Of a stretch of DNA of 61,568 nucleotides, positions 9,722 through 21,240 are shown piece after piece; position 1 is the stretch's first letter; each line of letters opens with the position of its first letter. This stretch comes from Gemmatimonadota bacterium. Lineage in GTDB: Bacteria > Gemmatimonadota > Gemmatimonadetes > Gemmatimonadales > GWC2-71-9. The DNA is taken from assembly GCA_041498155.1 (NCBI GenBank), contig JBGQHV010000001.1, forward strand, positions 1 to 61,568, written 5' to 3'. Position numbers and translations under genes: made by a program. The notes under the pieces are model-generated. The model was not told the DNA's origin and made no database searches. It saw nothing but the letters and a program-made list of their open reading frames with translations.

Positions 9722-12535
9722 ATGCCGTCACCTCCCGAGCGCGTGATTCTGCGCAACGCGCGACAGCACAATCTCAAGGGGATCACGGTCGAGCTGCCGC
9801 GGCGAGCGCTCACCGTCATCACCGGCCCCTCGGGATCGGGCAAGAGTTCGCTGGCATTCGACACGCTCTATGCGGAGGGACAGCGGCGCTACATCGAATC
9901 CTTGTCCACCTACGCCAAGCAGTTCCTCGAGCGGATGCCCAAACCGCTGGTGGATTCCCTCGAGGGCCTGTCCCCCGCGGTGGCGATCGAGCAGAAGAAC
10001 CCCACCACGTCCAGCCGCTCCACCGTCGGCACCGCGACGGAGATCTACGATTTCCTGCGGCTGCTCTGGGCGCGCGTCGGCACGCCCTACTGCCGGCACT
10101 GCGGGGCGGTGGTGAAGGTAGACACGGTGGAAGAAGTCGTGGACGCGATCCTGGCGGGAGCCGGCGGAGAGCATCCGGAGCCCGTGCTGATCAGCTTCCC
10201 CCTGCCCGAAAGCGCCCATCGCCCCGACGTAGACGCGGCCGCCCAGCTCGTCGCCGCCGGGTTCGTGCGCGCGCAGGTGGACGGCGCCGTACTGCGGCTC
10301 GACGAGCCCGAATCCGAGGGACGGGTGCGCGCGGGCCGTGAGGTGCTGGTCATTGTCGACCGCCTGTCGCCCACCGACCCGAATCGCGGCCGACTCGTGG
10401 ACGCGGTGGGCACGGCGTTCGCCGAGGGAGAAGGCGTCGCTGTGGCGCTCACCAACGGAGCGCGGCGCCGCTTTTCATCTCATCCCACCTGCTCGACGTG
10501 CGGCCAGGCCGCGCCGACGCTCACGCCGGCCTTGTTCTCCTTCAACAATCCGCGGGGCGCCTGCCCGGGGTGCAACGGATTCGGGGCCGTGCTCGAGTAC
10601 GACGAGTCGCTCATCGTCCCGGAGCCGGGGACGTCCATCGCCAATGGAGCGATCGACCCCTGGACGAAGCCCCGCTATGAAGGGCGGCGGCGACTGCTGC
10701 GGGAGACGGCCCGGACCCGCGGCATCCCCGTCAACCTCCCGTGGCGGGAGCTCGAGCCGCCACAGCAACAGTTCCTGCTCCACGGGGCCGCCGGCAGCGG
10801 TCGCTACCTGGGCGTGTTTCCGTTTCTCGAGCGTCTCGAGTCCAAGCGTTACAAGCAGTACATCCGGGTCTTCCTGCGCCAATACCAGCTCGCCAAGACG
10901 TGCCCCGCGTGCGGCGGCACGCGCCTGAAACCCGAGGCACTGGCCGTGCGGGTGGGTGACCGGACCATCGCCCAGATCACCGCCCTGACCGCCGCCGAGC
11001 TGCAGCAGTGGCTCGGGTCGCTCACCTGGACGCCGTTCCAGCAGGCGATCGCCCGACATCTGCTCGAAGAGCTCGGAGCGCGGGTGTCGTTCGTCGTGGA
11101 CGTCGGCCTCGGTTATCTCACCGTCGACCGCCAAACGCGCACCCTGTCGGGCGGGGAGGCTCAGCGCATCGCCCTCTCCAACGCCCTGGGCTCGCGACTC
11201 ACCGAGACCCTGTACGTGCTCGACGAGCCGACAATCGGGTTGCACCCCAGCGACGTGCAGCGGCTGCTGACGCTGCTGCGCCGTCTGGCGACGGCCGGGA
11301 ACACCGTCGTCGTCGTGGAGCACGACCCGGCCGCGATGGCCGTCGCCGATTACATGGTGGAGCTGGGCCCCGGGAGCGGGACGGCGGGCGGTGCAGTCGT
11401 GTACCAGGGGCCGGCCGCCGGGGTGCGGGCGGCCGGCACGCTGACCGGCCAGTATCTCTCGGGCGAGAAACGGATCAGCGTGCCGTCGGCGCGCCGGCCG
11501 GCGCTGCGTTGGCTCACGCTGCGGGGCGCCCGGCTGCACAATCTCGAGAACGTGGACGTCCGGATCCCCCTGCACGCGCTCGTGGCCGTCACCGGTGTGT
11601 CGGGCTCAGGCAAGTCCACCCTGGTCCACGACGTGCTGTACCGGCAGCTCGAGCGCCGCCTGCGGGGCGCGCACAGCGCCAAGGAGCATCTGGGCGAGCC
11701 GGTCGGCGAAGTGGCGGCCCTCGAGGGGTGGGAGGGGATCGGGGATGTCGTGTTGATTGACCAATCGCCGATCGGGAGGACGCCCCGGTCCAATCCCATC
11801 ACGTACGTGAAGGCGTTCGACGAGCTGCGGCAGCTGTTCGCTGCCCTGCCCCGCTCGCGCGAGCGGCGCTACACGGCGAGCACCTTTTCCTTCAACATCC
11901 GCGGCGGCCGCTGCGAGGCGTGCGAAGGCGCCGGCGCGGTCCAGGTGGAAATGGTCTTCCTGGCCAACGTCTTCGTGCCGTGCGAGGCGTGCGGCGGCCG
12001 CCGCTTCAAGCCGGAAGTGCTCGACGTCCGGCTGGACGGCCGGTCGATCCACGACGTGCTCGAGTGGACGGTGGACGAGGCGCTGCGTCGCTTTCACAAA
12101 CAGCCGCGTCTGGCCCGCGCCCTGTGGCAGCTGCAGCAAGTGGGGCTGGGATACCTGCGACTCGGGCAGCCGGCCACGACGTTGTCGGGCGGCGAGGCAC
12201 AACGGCTCAAGATCGCCCGCGAGCTGACCCTCTCCGGTACGCGACCCACCCGCGCGGGCCGGCGCAATCTCTACATTCTGGACGAGCCGACGACCGGCCT
12301 CCACCTGGACGACGTGCGCACCTTATGCCGGGTGCTCGACCGGCTGGTGGACGCCGGTCATACGGTCGTGGTCATCGAGCATCACCTCGACGTTCTCAAG
12401 CGGGCCGACTGGATCGTGGATCTCGGCCCAGGAGCGGGCGCGGCCGGCGGTCGGATCACGGCCTCCGGGACGCCAGAGACGGTCGCGCAGGCCCCCGGCA
12501 GCATTACCGGCCGCTACCTGGCAGCCGTGCTGTGA
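9722..12535 (+). CDS. uvrA: UvrA-family excinuclease ABC subunit A (canonical UvrA or a paralogue)
   Basis: ATG at 9722; the 8828 start in the ORF track is an antisense extension over the previous gene. 937 aa with two ABC modules ([35 protein letters not shown] twice, [11 protein letters not shown]). Cys4 zinc modules are present (CRHCG..CSTCG; [14 protein letters not shown]; [14 protein letters not shown]). Confidence 0.9.
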   Translation: MPSPPERVILRNARQHNLKGITVELPRRALTVITGPSGSGKSSLAFDTLYAEGQRRYIESLSTYAKQFLERMPKPLVDSLEGLSPAVAIEQKNPTTSSRSTVGTATEIYDFLRLLWARVGTPYCRHCGAVVKVDTVEEVVDAILAGAGGEHPEPVLISFPLPESAHRPDVDAAAQLVAAGFVRAQVDGAVLRLDEPESEGRVRAGREVLVIVDRLSPTDPNRGRLVDAVGTAFAEGEGVAVALTNGARRRFSSHPTCSTCGQAAPTLTPALFSFNNPRGACPGCNGFGAVLEYDESLIVPEPGTSIANGAIDPWTKPRYEGRRRLLRETARTRGIPVNLPWRELEPPQQQFLLHGAAGSGRYLGVFPFLERLESKRYKQYIRVFLRQYQLAKTCPACGGTRLKPEALAVRVGDRTIAQITALTAAELQQWLGSLTWTPFQQAIARHLLEELGARVSFVVDVGLGYLTVDRQTRTLSGGEAQRIALSNALGSRLTETLYVLDEPTIGLHPSDVQRLLTLLRRLATAGNTVVVVEHDPAAMAVADYMVELGPGSGTAGGAVVYQGPAAGVRAAGTLTGQYLSGEKRISVPSARRPALRWLTLRGARLHNLENVDVRIPLHALVAVTGVSGSGKSTLVHDVLYRQLERRLRGAHSAKEHLGEPVGEVAALEGWEGIGDVVLIDQSPIGRTPRSNPITYVKAFDELRQLFAALPRSRERRYTASTFSFNIRGGRCEACEGAGAVQVEMVFLANVFVPCEACGGRRFKPEVLDVRLDGRSIHDVLEWTVDEALRRFHKQPRLARALWQLQQVGLGYLRLGQPATTLSGGEAQRLKIARELTLSGTRPTRAGRRNLYILDEPTTGLHLDDVRTLCRVLDRLVDAGHTVVVIEHHLDVLKRADWIVDLGPGAGAAGGRITASGTPETVAQAPGSITGRYLAAVL

Positions 12536-13437
12536 GCCGTCGCCGCGCCGACGCGCAGCTCGTCCTGGCCTGTCTCGTGTGGGGCGTGAGCTTCGTGGTC
12601 GTCAAGCAAGGGCTCGCGCTCGCCTCCCCGCTCGCGTTCGCCACCGTCCGATTCGCGCTCGCCGCGCTGCTCCTCGCACCCTTTGCCCGCCTTCGACGCC
12701 CGTTCACTCGGGTTGAGCTCGTGGGCGGCGGAGCGCTGTCCCTGCTGCTGGGCATCGGCTACCTGACGCAGACCGTCGGCCTGGTATGGACCACGCCGTC
12801 GCGCTCGGCATTCCTGGTGGCCATCTCCTCCGTTCTGGCGCCCGCCATCGCCGCGCTCGCCTTGCGGGAGCGTCCTTCCGGCCGCCTGCTCGCCGCGCTT
12901 GGACTGGCGGCGGCCGGCGTTTTCTGGCTCACCGCACCCGACCACGGCGGCCTGAACCGCGGCGACGTCCTCACGCTCGTCACGGCGGTGCTGTACGGCG
13001 GACACATCGTCACCATCGGCGCCTTCTCCCGCCGCGGCGATCCGTTCCACCTCGTGTGGCTGCAGATCGTGGGCACAGCCCTGCTCGCCGCCTTGGGAAC
13101 GGTCTTCTTCGAGCAGCCGCATATCGCCTGGACGCCCGGCTTCGTCGCGGTGCTTTTGTACACGGCCGCCGGCGCCACCGTGGCTACCCTGTTGCTGCAG
13201 ATGCACGCCCAGCGACACATGTCGGCGGCGCGCGCGGCGGTGCTGTTTTGCAGCGAGAGCCTGTTCGCCGCGACCACCTCCTGGCTCGTCCTCGGAGAGC
13301 GCCTCTCGGTGGGGCAATGGCTGGGCGGCGGGCTGATCCTGACGGGCCTGGTGCTGGCCGAGCTGAAGGCGTCCTCAGCATCGGTTGAAGTCGCGGCTCC
13401 TCATGGCGATATTACGGCCCCACACGCAGACAGCTGA
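12532..13437 (+). CDS. EamA/DMT-superfamily transporter
   Basis: The GTG at 12532 overlaps the uvrA stop (GTGA). 301 aa, about 10 TM helices in two EamA-like repeats (LACLVWGVSFVVVKQGL ...). Confidence 0.8.
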   Translation: MSRRRADAQLVLACLVWGVSFVVVKQGLALASPLAFATVRFALAALLLAPFARLRRPFTRVELVGGGALSLLLGIGYLTQTVGLVWTTPSRSAFLVAISSVLAPAIAALALRERPSGRLLAALGLAAAGVFWLTAPDHGGLNRGDVLTLVTAVLYGGHIVTIGAFSRRGDPFHLVWLQIVGTALLAALGTVFFEQPHIAWTPGFVAVLLYTAAGATVATLLLQMHAQRHMSAARAAVLFCSESLFAATTSWLVLGERLSVGQWLGGGLILTGLVLAELKASSASVEVAAPHGDITAPHADS

Positions 13438-13460
13438 TAGCCGATAGCCTCAGCATCCAG

Positions 13461-13533
13461 TCCCGAGTAGCTCAGTTGGTAGAGCAGCCGGCTGTTAACC
13501 GGCGGGTCGGGGGTTCGAGTCCCTCCTCGGGAG
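13461..13533 (+). tRNA. tRNA-Asn (anticodon GTT)
   Basis: 73-nt cloverleaf read by hand: acceptor TCCCGAG/CTCGGGA, D-arm GCTC-AGTTGGTA-GAGC, anticodon stem GCCGG/CCGGC with loop CTGTTAA, and T-loop TTCGAGT. CCA is not encoded. Confidence 0.9.
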
Positions 13534-13589
13534 CTGCCAGACCGCAGGACGCCGGTAGCGGTTTTGACGATGTCTTGCACATTTAGGCT

Positions 13590-16500
13590 GTGACACCTTC
13601 CGCCGAGCCCCCGCAGTCTTCTCAGGCAGCCTCCTCCGGCGGGCGCCCCGCGCCCTCTCCGGTGCCGTTGGATGGGGGTCTCCTGCAGGCGCTGCTGGAG
13701 CACAGCTCCGACGTCACCGCGTTGCTCGATGCGACCGGGACGATTCTCTATACCTCACCCCCGGTGACCCGGCTGCTCGGCTACAGTCCGGCCGAGCTGG
13801 TGGGGCGTAGCGCGTTCGAGCTGCTCCACCCCGACGACCTGCCGCGCGCCCAGAGCCTGTTCGCGGGATTGTTAGAGCGGCCCGCGGATGCGGTGACGGC
13901 CGTGGTGCGCTATCGGCACAAGGAAGGCGCCTGGCGCGACATCGAGGGTGTCGGGGTCAACCGGCTTCAGGACCCGGCGATCCGGGCGATCGTCGTCAAC
14001 TACCGGGACCTCACGGCGCGTCACGCGGCCGAGGCGGAAGCCCGTCGTACGGTGTCGCTGCTGCAGTCCACGCTCGAGTCCACGACGGACGGGATTCTGG
14101 TGGTGGACGAAGCCGGCCGCATCGTGTCGTACAACCGGCGCTTCGTGGAGCTGTGGCGCATCCCGCAGACCGTGCTCGACTCGCGGGATGACGACCGCGC
14201 CTTGGCGCACGTGCTCGACCAGGTGGCGAACCCGGAGCAATTCCTGGCGAAGGTGCGGGAGCTGTACGCCCATCCCGAGGCCGCGAGCTTCGACATTCTC
14301 GAGTTCAAGGACGGGCGCATCTTCGAGCGCTTTTCCCTGCCGCAGCGGCTCGACGGCAAGCCGGTCGGACGGGTCTGGAGCTTTCGCGACGTCACCGCCC
14401 GGTCGCGCGCCGAGCGCGCCTTGCGGGAAAGCGAGGAGCGCTACCGGGCGTTCATCACCCACACGTCCGAAGGGGTCTTCCGAATCGAGCACCAGCCGCC
14501 GGTGCCGGTGGATCTCCCGGTGGACGAGCAGATCGAAGCGCACTATCGCACTGGTATCCTCGCGGAATGCAACGCCGTGCTGGCGCAGATGTACGGGTTC
14601 GACCGGCCGGAACAGCTGGTGGGGCGGCACCTGTACGAGTTCTTCGATCGCGCCGACCCCAAGAACCTCGAGTCGATGCGTCGGTTCATCCTCGGGGGCA
14701 ACCGGGACCTGGACACCGAATACCACGAGTTCGACCGGCTCGGCAAGCACCGGGTGTTCGTGAGCAACTCGGTGGGCTTCGTGGAGGACGGGGCCCTGGT
14801 GCGGGTCTGGGGCACGCAGCGGGACGTCACGGAACGTCGCCGTGCCGAGCAGGTGCAATCGGCCACGTATCGGATCTCGGAGGCCGCGAATACCGCGCAC
14901 ACCCTCCCCGATCTGTACCGGGCGGTGCACGCGATCGTCGGCGAGCTGATGCCGGCCCGGAATCTGTACATCGCCCTCTACGACGAGCCCGGGCAGACGC
15001 TGTCATTCCCGTACTTCCAGGACGAATTCGACTCCGGATTCCCGGCCAAGGCACTGGGCCGGGGGCTGACCGAGTACGTACTGCGCACCGGCGCGCCGCT
15101 CCTGGCGACCCCCGACGTCTACAACCGTCTCGTCGAGCAAGGGGAGGTGGAGCTCATCGGCACGCCGTCCCTGGACTGGGTGGGCGTCCCGCTCAAGGCG
15201 GGCGGCCACACCATGGGCGTCATCGCGGTGCAGACCTATTCGGCGGGCGTGCGCTACGGCGAGCGTGAGCGGCAGATCCTGGAGTTCGTCTCGACGCAGA
15301 TCGCGCTGGTGATCGAGCGTAAACATGCCGAACAGCAGCTGGCCGACAGCGAAGCCAAGTATCGGCTGCTGTTCGAGGCGAATCCGGAGCCGATGTGGGT
15401 GTACGACCACGACGACTACCGGATCCTCGCGGCGAACCAGGCGGCCATTGTGAGCTACGGCTACACCGAAGCCGAGCTGCTTGGCATGACCGTGTACGAC
15501 CTCCATCCCAGCGCCGATCACCCCGCGCTCGACAGCCTGCTGCGCCAGCCGCGCGAGCACGCCGCCACGCGGGGCGGCCTGCACCACCGGAAGAAGGACG
15601 GCACGATCATCGATGTCGAGATCCTGGCCGATTCCATCGATTTCGCCGGACGCCGGGCGCGTCTGATCCTGTCCCGCGACGTCACCGAGCGGCGCCGCCT
15701 CGAGCGTCAGTTGCAGGAGAACGAGCAGAAATACCGTATGCTGTTCGAGGCGAACGCGGAAGCGATGTACGTCTACGACCTCGAGACGTACCGCTTCCTC
15801 GCCGTGAACCAGGCCGCGATCGCCCGCTACGGTTACACGCGCGAGGAGTTCCTCGCGCGAACGGCCTTCGATCTGTGCCCGCCGGAGGAAGCGGCGAAGC
15901 TGCAGGCGTATCTGCGGGACCACCCTCGCATGTCCGAGACCACGAGCGGCTGGATCCACCAGCGCAAGGACGGCAGCCTGCTCGAGGCGGAGGTGGTCGC
16001 CCACACGATCGATTTCGGCGGACGGCTGGCCAACCTCGTCCTCGCCCGCAACGTCACCGAGCAACGCCGTCTGGAGGCCCAGCTGCGGCAAGCCCAGAAG
16101 ATGGAGGCGGTCGGACGGCTCGCGGGCGGGATCGCCCACGACTTCAACAACCTTCTCACCGCCATCCTCGGCTCGGCCCAGCTCGCCCTGCGGGAGGTGG
16201 AGCCCTCACACCCGGTGCGCGAGGATCTGGAGGAGATCCGCCGCGCCGGCCTCCGGGCTGCCGAGCTCACCCGCCAGCTGCTGGCGTACAGCCGGCGCCA
16301 GGTAGTGGCGCCCAAAATCATCAACGTCAACGAGGTGGTGCGGAACCTCGAATCGATGGTGCGGCGGCTCATTCGCGAGGACATCGACCTCGTGCTCGAG
16401 CTTGCGCCTCACCCACTCACGGTCAAGAGCGACCCCGGACAGCTGGACCAGGTCGTGCTGAACCTGGTCGTCAACGCCCGGGACGCGCTGCCCCAGCGCG

Positions 16501-17222
16501 GCCGCATCACCGTGCGTACGGCGCCCGTCAGCCTCGGCGCCCACCAGCCCGGCAACGACCCGCCTGCGGCGCCCGGCGCCTACGTGCACATCGCCGTTTC
16601 CGACACCGGCACCGGGCTCACGCCCGAAGCCCGGGCGCATCTCTTCGAGCCCTTCTTCACGACCAAGGAGCTGGGCAAGGGAACGGGACTCGGCCTGGCG
16701 ACCGTGTACGGAATCGTGAAGCAGAATGGCGGATACATCTACGTGGATTCGGGTCCCGAGACGGGAACGACGGTCCGCGTCTACCTCCCGCTGAGCACCG
16801 AGCCACTCCCGGGAGTCGAGGTCGCGCCACCCGTGCCCGCGCCGGCGGGAGGGTCGGAAACAGTCCTTCTGGTCGAGGACGAAGCCGCCGTACGCCAATT
16901 CGCTCGCCGGGCGCTCGAGTCGAGCGGCTACTGCGTCCTCTCGGCAGGGCACGGGGCGGAAGCGCTGGCGCTCGCGGAACAGCACCCGGGGCCGATCCAC
17001 GTCCTCCTCACCGATGTCGTCATGCCGGGGATGGGAGGACCCGAGCTGGCCCGGCAGCTGTCGCTGCGACGGCCCAGCCTGAGAGTCCTCTTTTGCTCAG
17101 GGTATACCGACGACGCGACCGTGCGGGACGGTGTGCGGGAGGCGGGGACGGCGTTCCTTCAGAAGCCCTTTGCCCCTGAAGACCTGATTCACAAGGTTCG
17201 GGAGGTGCTGACGACCCCATAA
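13590..17222 (+). CDS. Multi-PAS/GAF hybrid sensor histidine kinase with C-terminal receiver
   Basis: 1210 aa with several PAS repeats, one GAF-like block and HisKA ([17 protein letters not shown]). HATPase motifs are present ([30 protein letters not shown]), as is a REC domain ([22 protein letters not shown]). GTG start. Confidence 0.9.
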   Translation: MTPSAEPPQSSQAASSGGRPAPSPVPLDGGLLQALLEHSSDVTALLDATGTILYTSPPVTRLLGYSPAELVGRSAFELLHPDDLPRAQSLFAGLLERPADAVTAVVRYRHKEGAWRDIEGVGVNRLQDPAIRAIVVNYRDLTARHAAEAEARRTVSLLQSTLESTTDGILVVDEAGRIVSYNRRFVELWRIPQTVLDSRDDDRALAHVLDQVANPEQFLAKVRELYAHPEAASFDILEFKDGRIFERFSLPQRLDGKPVGRVWSFRDVTARSRAERALRESEERYRAFITHTSEGVFRIEHQPPVPVDLPVDEQIEAHYRTGILAECNAVLAQMYGFDRPEQLVGRHLYEFFDRADPKNLESMRRFILGGNRDLDTEYHEFDRLGKHRVFVSNSVGFVEDGALVRVWGTQRDVTERRRAEQVQSATYRISEAANTAHTLPDLYRAVHAIVGELMPARNLYIALYDEPGQTLSFPYFQDEFDSGFPAKALGRGLTEYVLRTGAPLLATPDVYNRLVEQGEVELIGTPSLDWVGVPLKAGGHTMGVIAVQTYSAGVRYGERERQILEFVSTQIALVIERKHAEQQLADSEAKYRLLFEANPEPMWVYDHDDYRILAANQAAIVSYGYTEAELLGMTVYDLHPSADHPALDSLLRQPREHAATRGGLHHRKKDGTIIDVEILADSIDFAGRRARLILSRDVTERRRLERQLQENEQKYRMLFEANAEAMYVYDLETYRFLAVNQAAIARYGYTREEFLARTAFDLCPPEEAAKLQAYLRDHPRMSETTSGWIHQRKDGSLLEAEVVAHTIDFGGRLANLVLARNVTEQRRLEAQLRQAQKMEAVGRLAGGIAHDFNNLLTAILGSAQLALREVEPSHPVREDLEEIRRAGLRAAELTRQLLAYSRRQVVAPKIINVNEVVRNLESMVRRLIREDIDLVLELAPHPLTVKSDPGQLDQVVLNLVVNARDALPQRGRITVRTAPVSLGAHQPGNDPPAAPGAYVHIAVSDTGTGLTPEARAHLFEPFFTTKELGKGTGLGLATVYGIVKQNGGYIYVDSGPETGTTVRVYLPLSTEPLPGVEVAPPVPAPAGGSETVLLVEDEAAVRQFARRALESSGYCVLSAGHGAEALALAEQHPGPIHVLLTDVVMPGMGGPELARQLSLRRPSLRVLFCSGYTDDATVRDGVREAGTAFLQKPFAPEDLIHKVREVLTTP

Positions 17223-17356
17223 CACTTGACCAATGTGAGTGTGTGCTCACTTAATTCCGCAACGTATTATTGCGCAATAGTTTATAATCACACAAGCCCC
17301 AATACTTTGGCATAACTGAAAGCCAGTAAACGAGTTGCTGCGAACAAGAGCGGGAA
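17223..17356 (+). promoter_or_regulatory. AT-rich intergenic island with a TATAAT box and a 12-bp palindrome, upstream of holB
   Basis: About 42% G+C over 17223-17341 by hand count, against ~70% in the surroundings. It holds a perfect TATAAT at 17283-17288, the palindrome TATTGCGCAATA at 17268-17279, TTGACC at 17226-17231, and the inverted repeat GTGAG-N6-CTCAC. Confidence 0.35.
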
Positions 17357-17383
17357 TTGACCGCCCCGCCGCTAGATTGCGCC

Positions 17384-18427
17384 ATGCCTCTTCGCCCTTT
17401 GTACGGTCACGACATCGTCCGTTCGCGGCTGGGAGCCGCTATCCAGGGCGGGCGCCTGCCCCAGGCACTGCTGTTCGAGGGCCCCAGGGGGGTCGGCAAG
17501 CAGCGAGTGGCCCTCTGGGTCGCCCAGACGCTGCTGTGTGAGCGTGGTGGGGCGGAGCCCTGCAACGACTGCCAGCACTGCCGGATGGTGGCCTCCTTGA
17601 CCCACCCAGACTTGCACTGGCTTGTTCCGCTCGAGCTGGCCAAGAAGGGGGCGGATGCGGACAAGCAGGTCGAGCTGGTGGAATCCGCCTTGGGCGAGGA
17701 GATGGCCACACGGCGGGAGCAGCCCTTGTACGGCCCTCTGCCTGGAATGGCCGTCCACACTGTTGCGGCCGTGCGACTGTTGCTACGACATGTGGCGCTG
17801 ACGCCAGCCATGGCTCGCCGAAAGGTCTTCATCGTCGGCGATGCGGAGCGCCTCATACCGCAGCGGGCCAACCCCGAGGCCGCTAACGCGTTGCTAAAGG
17901 TGCTGGAAGAGCCCCCAGCGGACACCGTCGTGATGCTGACGGCCGCCGAGCCGGATGCCCTGCTACCTACGATCCTCTCTCGCGTAGTGCGGGTCAGGAT
18001 CCACCGGGTACCGGATAGTGTCGTGACATCATTTATACACAACGAGATGCAGGGCAAAGAACAAGAGGCCTCAGGGGCCGAAGGCTGCATCGGCAGACTT
18101 CTTGCCCGATCCCAATCCAGCGGGGCCCCTGGACGAGACGCATCCGAAGCGTTCCAGACAACCCTGCGCGGTAACGCCGTCGATCGGTATTCCCTGGCCC
18201 TGCGTCAGACTCCGTTCCAGGCACGCGGGGGATTCACCGACATGCTGGACGGGTTGCTGGAGCGCTTGCGGCAAGAAGCGCGACGGGGAGGCGACACGCG
18301 ACGACTCGCCGATGCGATCTCCCTGGTGCTGCAGGCGCGCGAGCAGGCCCAGGGCAATGTGAACCCGCAGCTCCTGGCGGCGGTGCTGGCGGAAGACCTG
18401 GCGGAGGCGGGCCCATGGCCGAGCTGA
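17384..18427 (+). CDS. holB: DNA polymerase III delta-prime subunit
   Basis: AAA+ clamp-loader motifs [11 protein letters not shown], Zn module [21 protein letters not shown], and SRV sensor (ILSRVVRV). ATG 17384 is preferred over TTG 17357. Confidence 0.8.
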   Translation: MPLRPLYGHDIVRSRLGAAIQGGRLPQALLFEGPRGVGKQRVALWVAQTLLCERGGAEPCNDCQHCRMVASLTHPDLHWLVPLELAKKGADADKQVELVESALGEEMATRREQPLYGPLPGMAVHTVAAVRLLLRHVALTPAMARRKVFIVGDAERLIPQRANPEAANALLKVLEEPPADTVVMLTAAEPDALLPTILSRVVRVRIHRVPDSVVTSFIHNEMQGKEQEASGAEGCIGRLLARSQSSGAPGRDASEAFQTTLRGNAVDRYSLALRQTPFQARGGFTDMLDGLLERLRQEARRGGDTRRLADAISLVLQAREQAQGNVNPQLLAAVLAEDLAEAGPWPS

Positions 18428-18891
18428 CGCATTTCGACGACGCCGGCGGCGCGCACATGGTCGATGTCGGCGGGAAGGCCGCCACGGCGCGCAGCGCGAC
18501 GGCGGCCGGAGCGATCCGGATGTCGGCTGACGCGTTCCGGCTCGTGGCCGACGGGGCGGTCGCCAAGGGCGACGTGCTCACCGTGAGCCAGATCGCGGGG
18601 ACCCTGGCGGCAAAGCGGACGGCTGAGCTGATCCCGCTGTGTCACCCGCTGGCGCTCGATCATGTGGACGTGAGCGCCACCCTGGACGATACGCTCCCCG
18701 GGGTCCGCGTGCGGGCGACGGTTCGCACCGTGGGTCGTACGGGAGTCGAAATGGAAGCGCTCACGGCCGTTTCAGTCGCACTGCTGACGATCTACGATAT
18801 GGTGAAAAGCGCCGACCGCGAGATGGAGCTCTTGTCGGTGCGCCTGCTGGAGAAGACGGGCGGTAGTCGCGGCGATTGGCGCCGCGGCTGA
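18415..18891 (+). CDS. moaC: Cyclic pyranopterin monophosphate synthase MoaC
   Basis: 158 aa with [26 protein letters not shown] and [20 protein letters not shown]. It overlaps the holB 3' end by 13 nt. Confidence 0.92.
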   Translation: MAELTHFDDAGGAHMVDVGGKAATARSATAAGAIRMSADAFRLVADGAVAKGDVLTVSQIAGTLAAKRTAELIPLCHPLALDHVDVSATLDDTLPGVRVRATVRTVGRTGVEMEALTAVSVALLTIYDMVKSADREMELLSVRLLEKTGGSRGDWRRG

Positions 18892-18961
18892 AGGAGCCCA
18901 CACCGCCGCTGGGGTTGCGGGATTGGGGATGCGAGCGGCGGGCCCCGAATTCAGGAGGAGT

Positions 18962-19624
18962 ATGAGCGCATCGCGACGTTGGCGAGTACCAGGCGGTTTG
19001 ATCGTGTTCGGAGGGCTGGTGGCGTCCAGCATCGGCTGGGCGCGCCACGCGGCAGCCGACGATCAACCGTCGGCGACGGCGGGAGCGACGTTGGGCGAGG
19101 TGCAGACATTGTCCCAGCAGCTCGAGTCGATGCGGGGCGAGTTGACGGTCGCCCGGCTCCAGCTCGATCGCGCCGAGGCGGTCATGGAGTTCTCCGGCCG
19201 CTACGACATCCCGGCCGACCTGGCCGCGGCGGTCTACGATATCGCGCTGGCTGAAGGGATCGAGCCTGACCTCGCGTTCCGCGTGGTGAGCGTCGAGTCC
19301 CGGTTCGACCTGCGGGCCCACAGCTCCGCCGGCGCCGTGGGACTCACCCAGATCCTCCCCAGCACCGCCCGGCTGTACGAGCCGGAGCTGACGAACGATC
19401 AACTCTATGAGCGGGAGACCAATCTGCGCCTGGGCTTTCGGTACCTGCACGACCTGCTGACGCGCTACGGGGACAACCTGGAGCGGGCGCTGCTGGCCTA
19501 CAATCGCGGGCCCTCGAAGGTCCAGGACCTGCTGCGCGCCGGAGTGAATCCTTCGAACGGATATGCCCAGACGGTGATGCGCGGCTACCACCGCCAGCAG
19601 GCGGGCGGAGGCGCCGCCGAGTAG
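18962..19624 (+). CDS. SLT-domain lytic transglycosylase (secreted)
   Basis: ATG 18962 is preceded by AGGAGGAG. It has an N-terminal anchor and an SLT core: VVSVESRFDLRAHSSAGAVGLTQI ... ALLAYNRGP. Confidence 0.8.
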   Translation: MSASRRWRVPGGLIVFGGLVASSIGWARHAAADDQPSATAGATLGEVQTLSQQLESMRGELTVARLQLDRAEAVMEFSGRYDIPADLAAAVYDIALAEGIEPDLAFRVVSVESRFDLRAHSSAGAVGLTQILPSTARLYEPELTNDQLYERETNLRLGFRYLHDLLTRYGDNLERALLAYNRGPSKVQDLLRAGVNPSNGYAQTVMRGYHRQQAGGGAAE

Positions 19625-19666
19625 GCAGGCGTCGGGGGGGGGCCATACTCAGGGTAGGAGCTACGA

Positions 19667-19704
19667 AGCGAAGCGGCCAGGGAGCAATCCCTGGCCGCTT
19701 CGCT
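19667..19704. terminator. Bidirectional terminator hairpin between convergent transglycosylase genes
   Basis: Perfect 17-bp stem AGCGAAGCGGCCAGGGA / TCCCTGGCCGCTTCGCT with a GCAA (GNRA) tetraloop. A G9 run lies at 19634-19642 just upstream. Confidence 0.6.
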
Positions 19705-19725
19705 GTGCCGGAGTGGTCTGGCGCC

Positions 19726-21240
19726 CTACTCCGTTTGGTTCTTGCCCGCGGTCTGCAGGGGCGGAATCCGCAGCAACTGCCCCGGCTTGATGATCGAGGT
19801 CAGCGAGAGACCGTTGTAGTCCAGCAGCGCCCGCAGCGTCACGCCGTAGCGGCGCGCGATCTGGCTTGCCGTCTCACCGCTGCGAACGCGGTGGGAGGCC
19901 GCGATCGCGCTCCCGCTCACCGCCGCCGTGCGGCGCGGGGCGGGATCCGCCGGCCCGTTCCAGGCCGCCCGCGGCACGACACGCCCGCTCATCGGGATGA
20001 CGAGACGCGTGCCGACCTTGAGCGTACGCGGCTTGAGCCACGGGTTGGCACCCTGAATCATCGAGACGGACACCCGGTACTGCTTCGCGATTTCGGAGAG
20101 CGTCTGCCCCCGCGTCACATAGTGATCCACGAAGGTGATGCGGTCGGTGAGCGCCAGCGTGTCGTACCGCTCCGCCACCAGGGTCCCCCGGCCGCGCGGC
20201 ACCCGCACGGTGACCTCGCGGCCCGGCGGGGTCACGCCACGCACGAACTGGGGGTTGAGCTCCAGCAGCGCCGCCGTCGTCGTATCGGCGAGCCGCGCCA
20301 GGACATCCATCCCGGTCGCGTCAGGCACTCGGATCTCGTCGAATACCAGGGGCGTCAGAGGCGCGATGTCGGTGAACCCGTAGCGGGCCGGCTGTTTGGC
20401 GACCAGGGCCGCGGCGATCAGCTTCGGCACGTAGTCTCGGGTCTCGCGGCGCAGGATGCGCGTGCTGGCGAGCTGGAAGAAGGTCTCATCGGTGAGACTA
20501 TCCGCCTCGCCGGGTAACCGCCGCACGCCGCGCTGGATCCGGCCCTCGCCGGCGTTGTAGGCGGCCGCGGCCAGATACACGCTGCCGAGCTTCTGCACCA
20601 GATCCGAGAGGTAGTTCGCGGCGGCATCGGTGGCCTTGAAGGGATCGCGGCGCTCGTCTACCCACGGATCGACGGTGAGGCCATACAGCCGGCCCGTCCC
20701 CGAGACGAATTGCCACATCCCGACAGCGCGGGCACGGCTCACGGCGGAGTTGGACAGGCCGCTCTCGATCAACGTGAGGTAGACCAGGTCCTCGGGAAGC
20801 CCCTTGGCCCGCAACCGATCACGGATCATCCCTTCGTAGCGGGACAACCGTGACAGCCAGATGGCCATGCGGTCGCGGGCATCGACCTGGAAGAACTCCA
20901 GATACTCGAGCACCCGGCGGTTCGCCGCGTAGCTCGTGACGTCGATGTCGTAGGTCGGAGCGGTCTCCGAGTCGTCGGGCTTCGCCCGGACGATCTCGCG
21001 TCCCTCCGGCCCGAACAGGCGCACCGCCTCGCGCTCCACATCCTCGCTGCGCACCGTCGCCGCAGGGGGAGCGCTGTCGGTCACCGTGCGTCCCAAATCC
21101 GGCGCCGCCATGACCGTCGTGGCCGGCGCTTGTGAGGGACCGGCGGCGGGCAGCGGCGCCATCCGCACCATGTGCTGCTGGCCGGCGCAGGCCGTGAGGC
21201 CCAGGAAGAGAAACCAGGTCTTCGTCCGACGCTGAGTCAT
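19726..21240 (-). CDS. Membrane-bound lytic murein transglycosylase D-like protein (SLT domain plus LysM repeats), lipoprotein
   Basis: ATG 21240 gives MTQRRTKTWFLFLGLTACAGQ (lipobox). The SLT core is LTLIESGLSNSAVSRARAVGMWQF ... AAAYNAGEG. C-terminal LysM repeats are present (VTRGQTLSEIAKQYRVSVSMI; VRSGETASQIARRYGVTLRAL). Confidence 0.85.
   Translation of the reverse strand: MTQRRTKTWFLFLGLTACAGQQHMVRMAPLPAAGPSQAPATTVMAAPDLGRTVTDSAPPAATVRSEDVEREAVRLFGPEGREIVRAKPDDSETAPTYDIDVTSYAANRRVLEYLEFFQVDARDRMAIWLSRLSRYEGMIRDRLRAKGLPEDLVYLTLIESGLSNSAVSRARAVGMWQFVSGTGRLYGLTVDPWVDERRDPFKATDAAANYLSDLVQKLGSVYLAAAAYNAGEGRIQRGVRRLPGEADSLTDETFFQLASTRILRRETRDYVPKLIAAALVAKQPARYGFTDIAPLTPLVFDEIRVPDATGMDVLARLADTTTAALLELNPQFVRGVTPPGREVTVRVPRGRGTLVAERYDTLALTDRITFVDHYVTRGQTLSEIAKQYRVSVSMIQGANPWLKPRTLKVGTRLVIPMSGRVVPRAAWNGPADPAPRRTAAVSGSAIAASHRVRSGETASQIARRYGVTLRALLDYNGLSLTSIIKPGQLLRIPPLQTAGKNQTE

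Noticed and set aside
11920-12531. Upstream 204-aa extension of the EamA transporter ORF.
   Set aside because: It lies inside uvrA in another frame with an R/G/P-rich translation. The transporter's first TM helix begins just after GTG 12532, which overlaps the uvrA stop.
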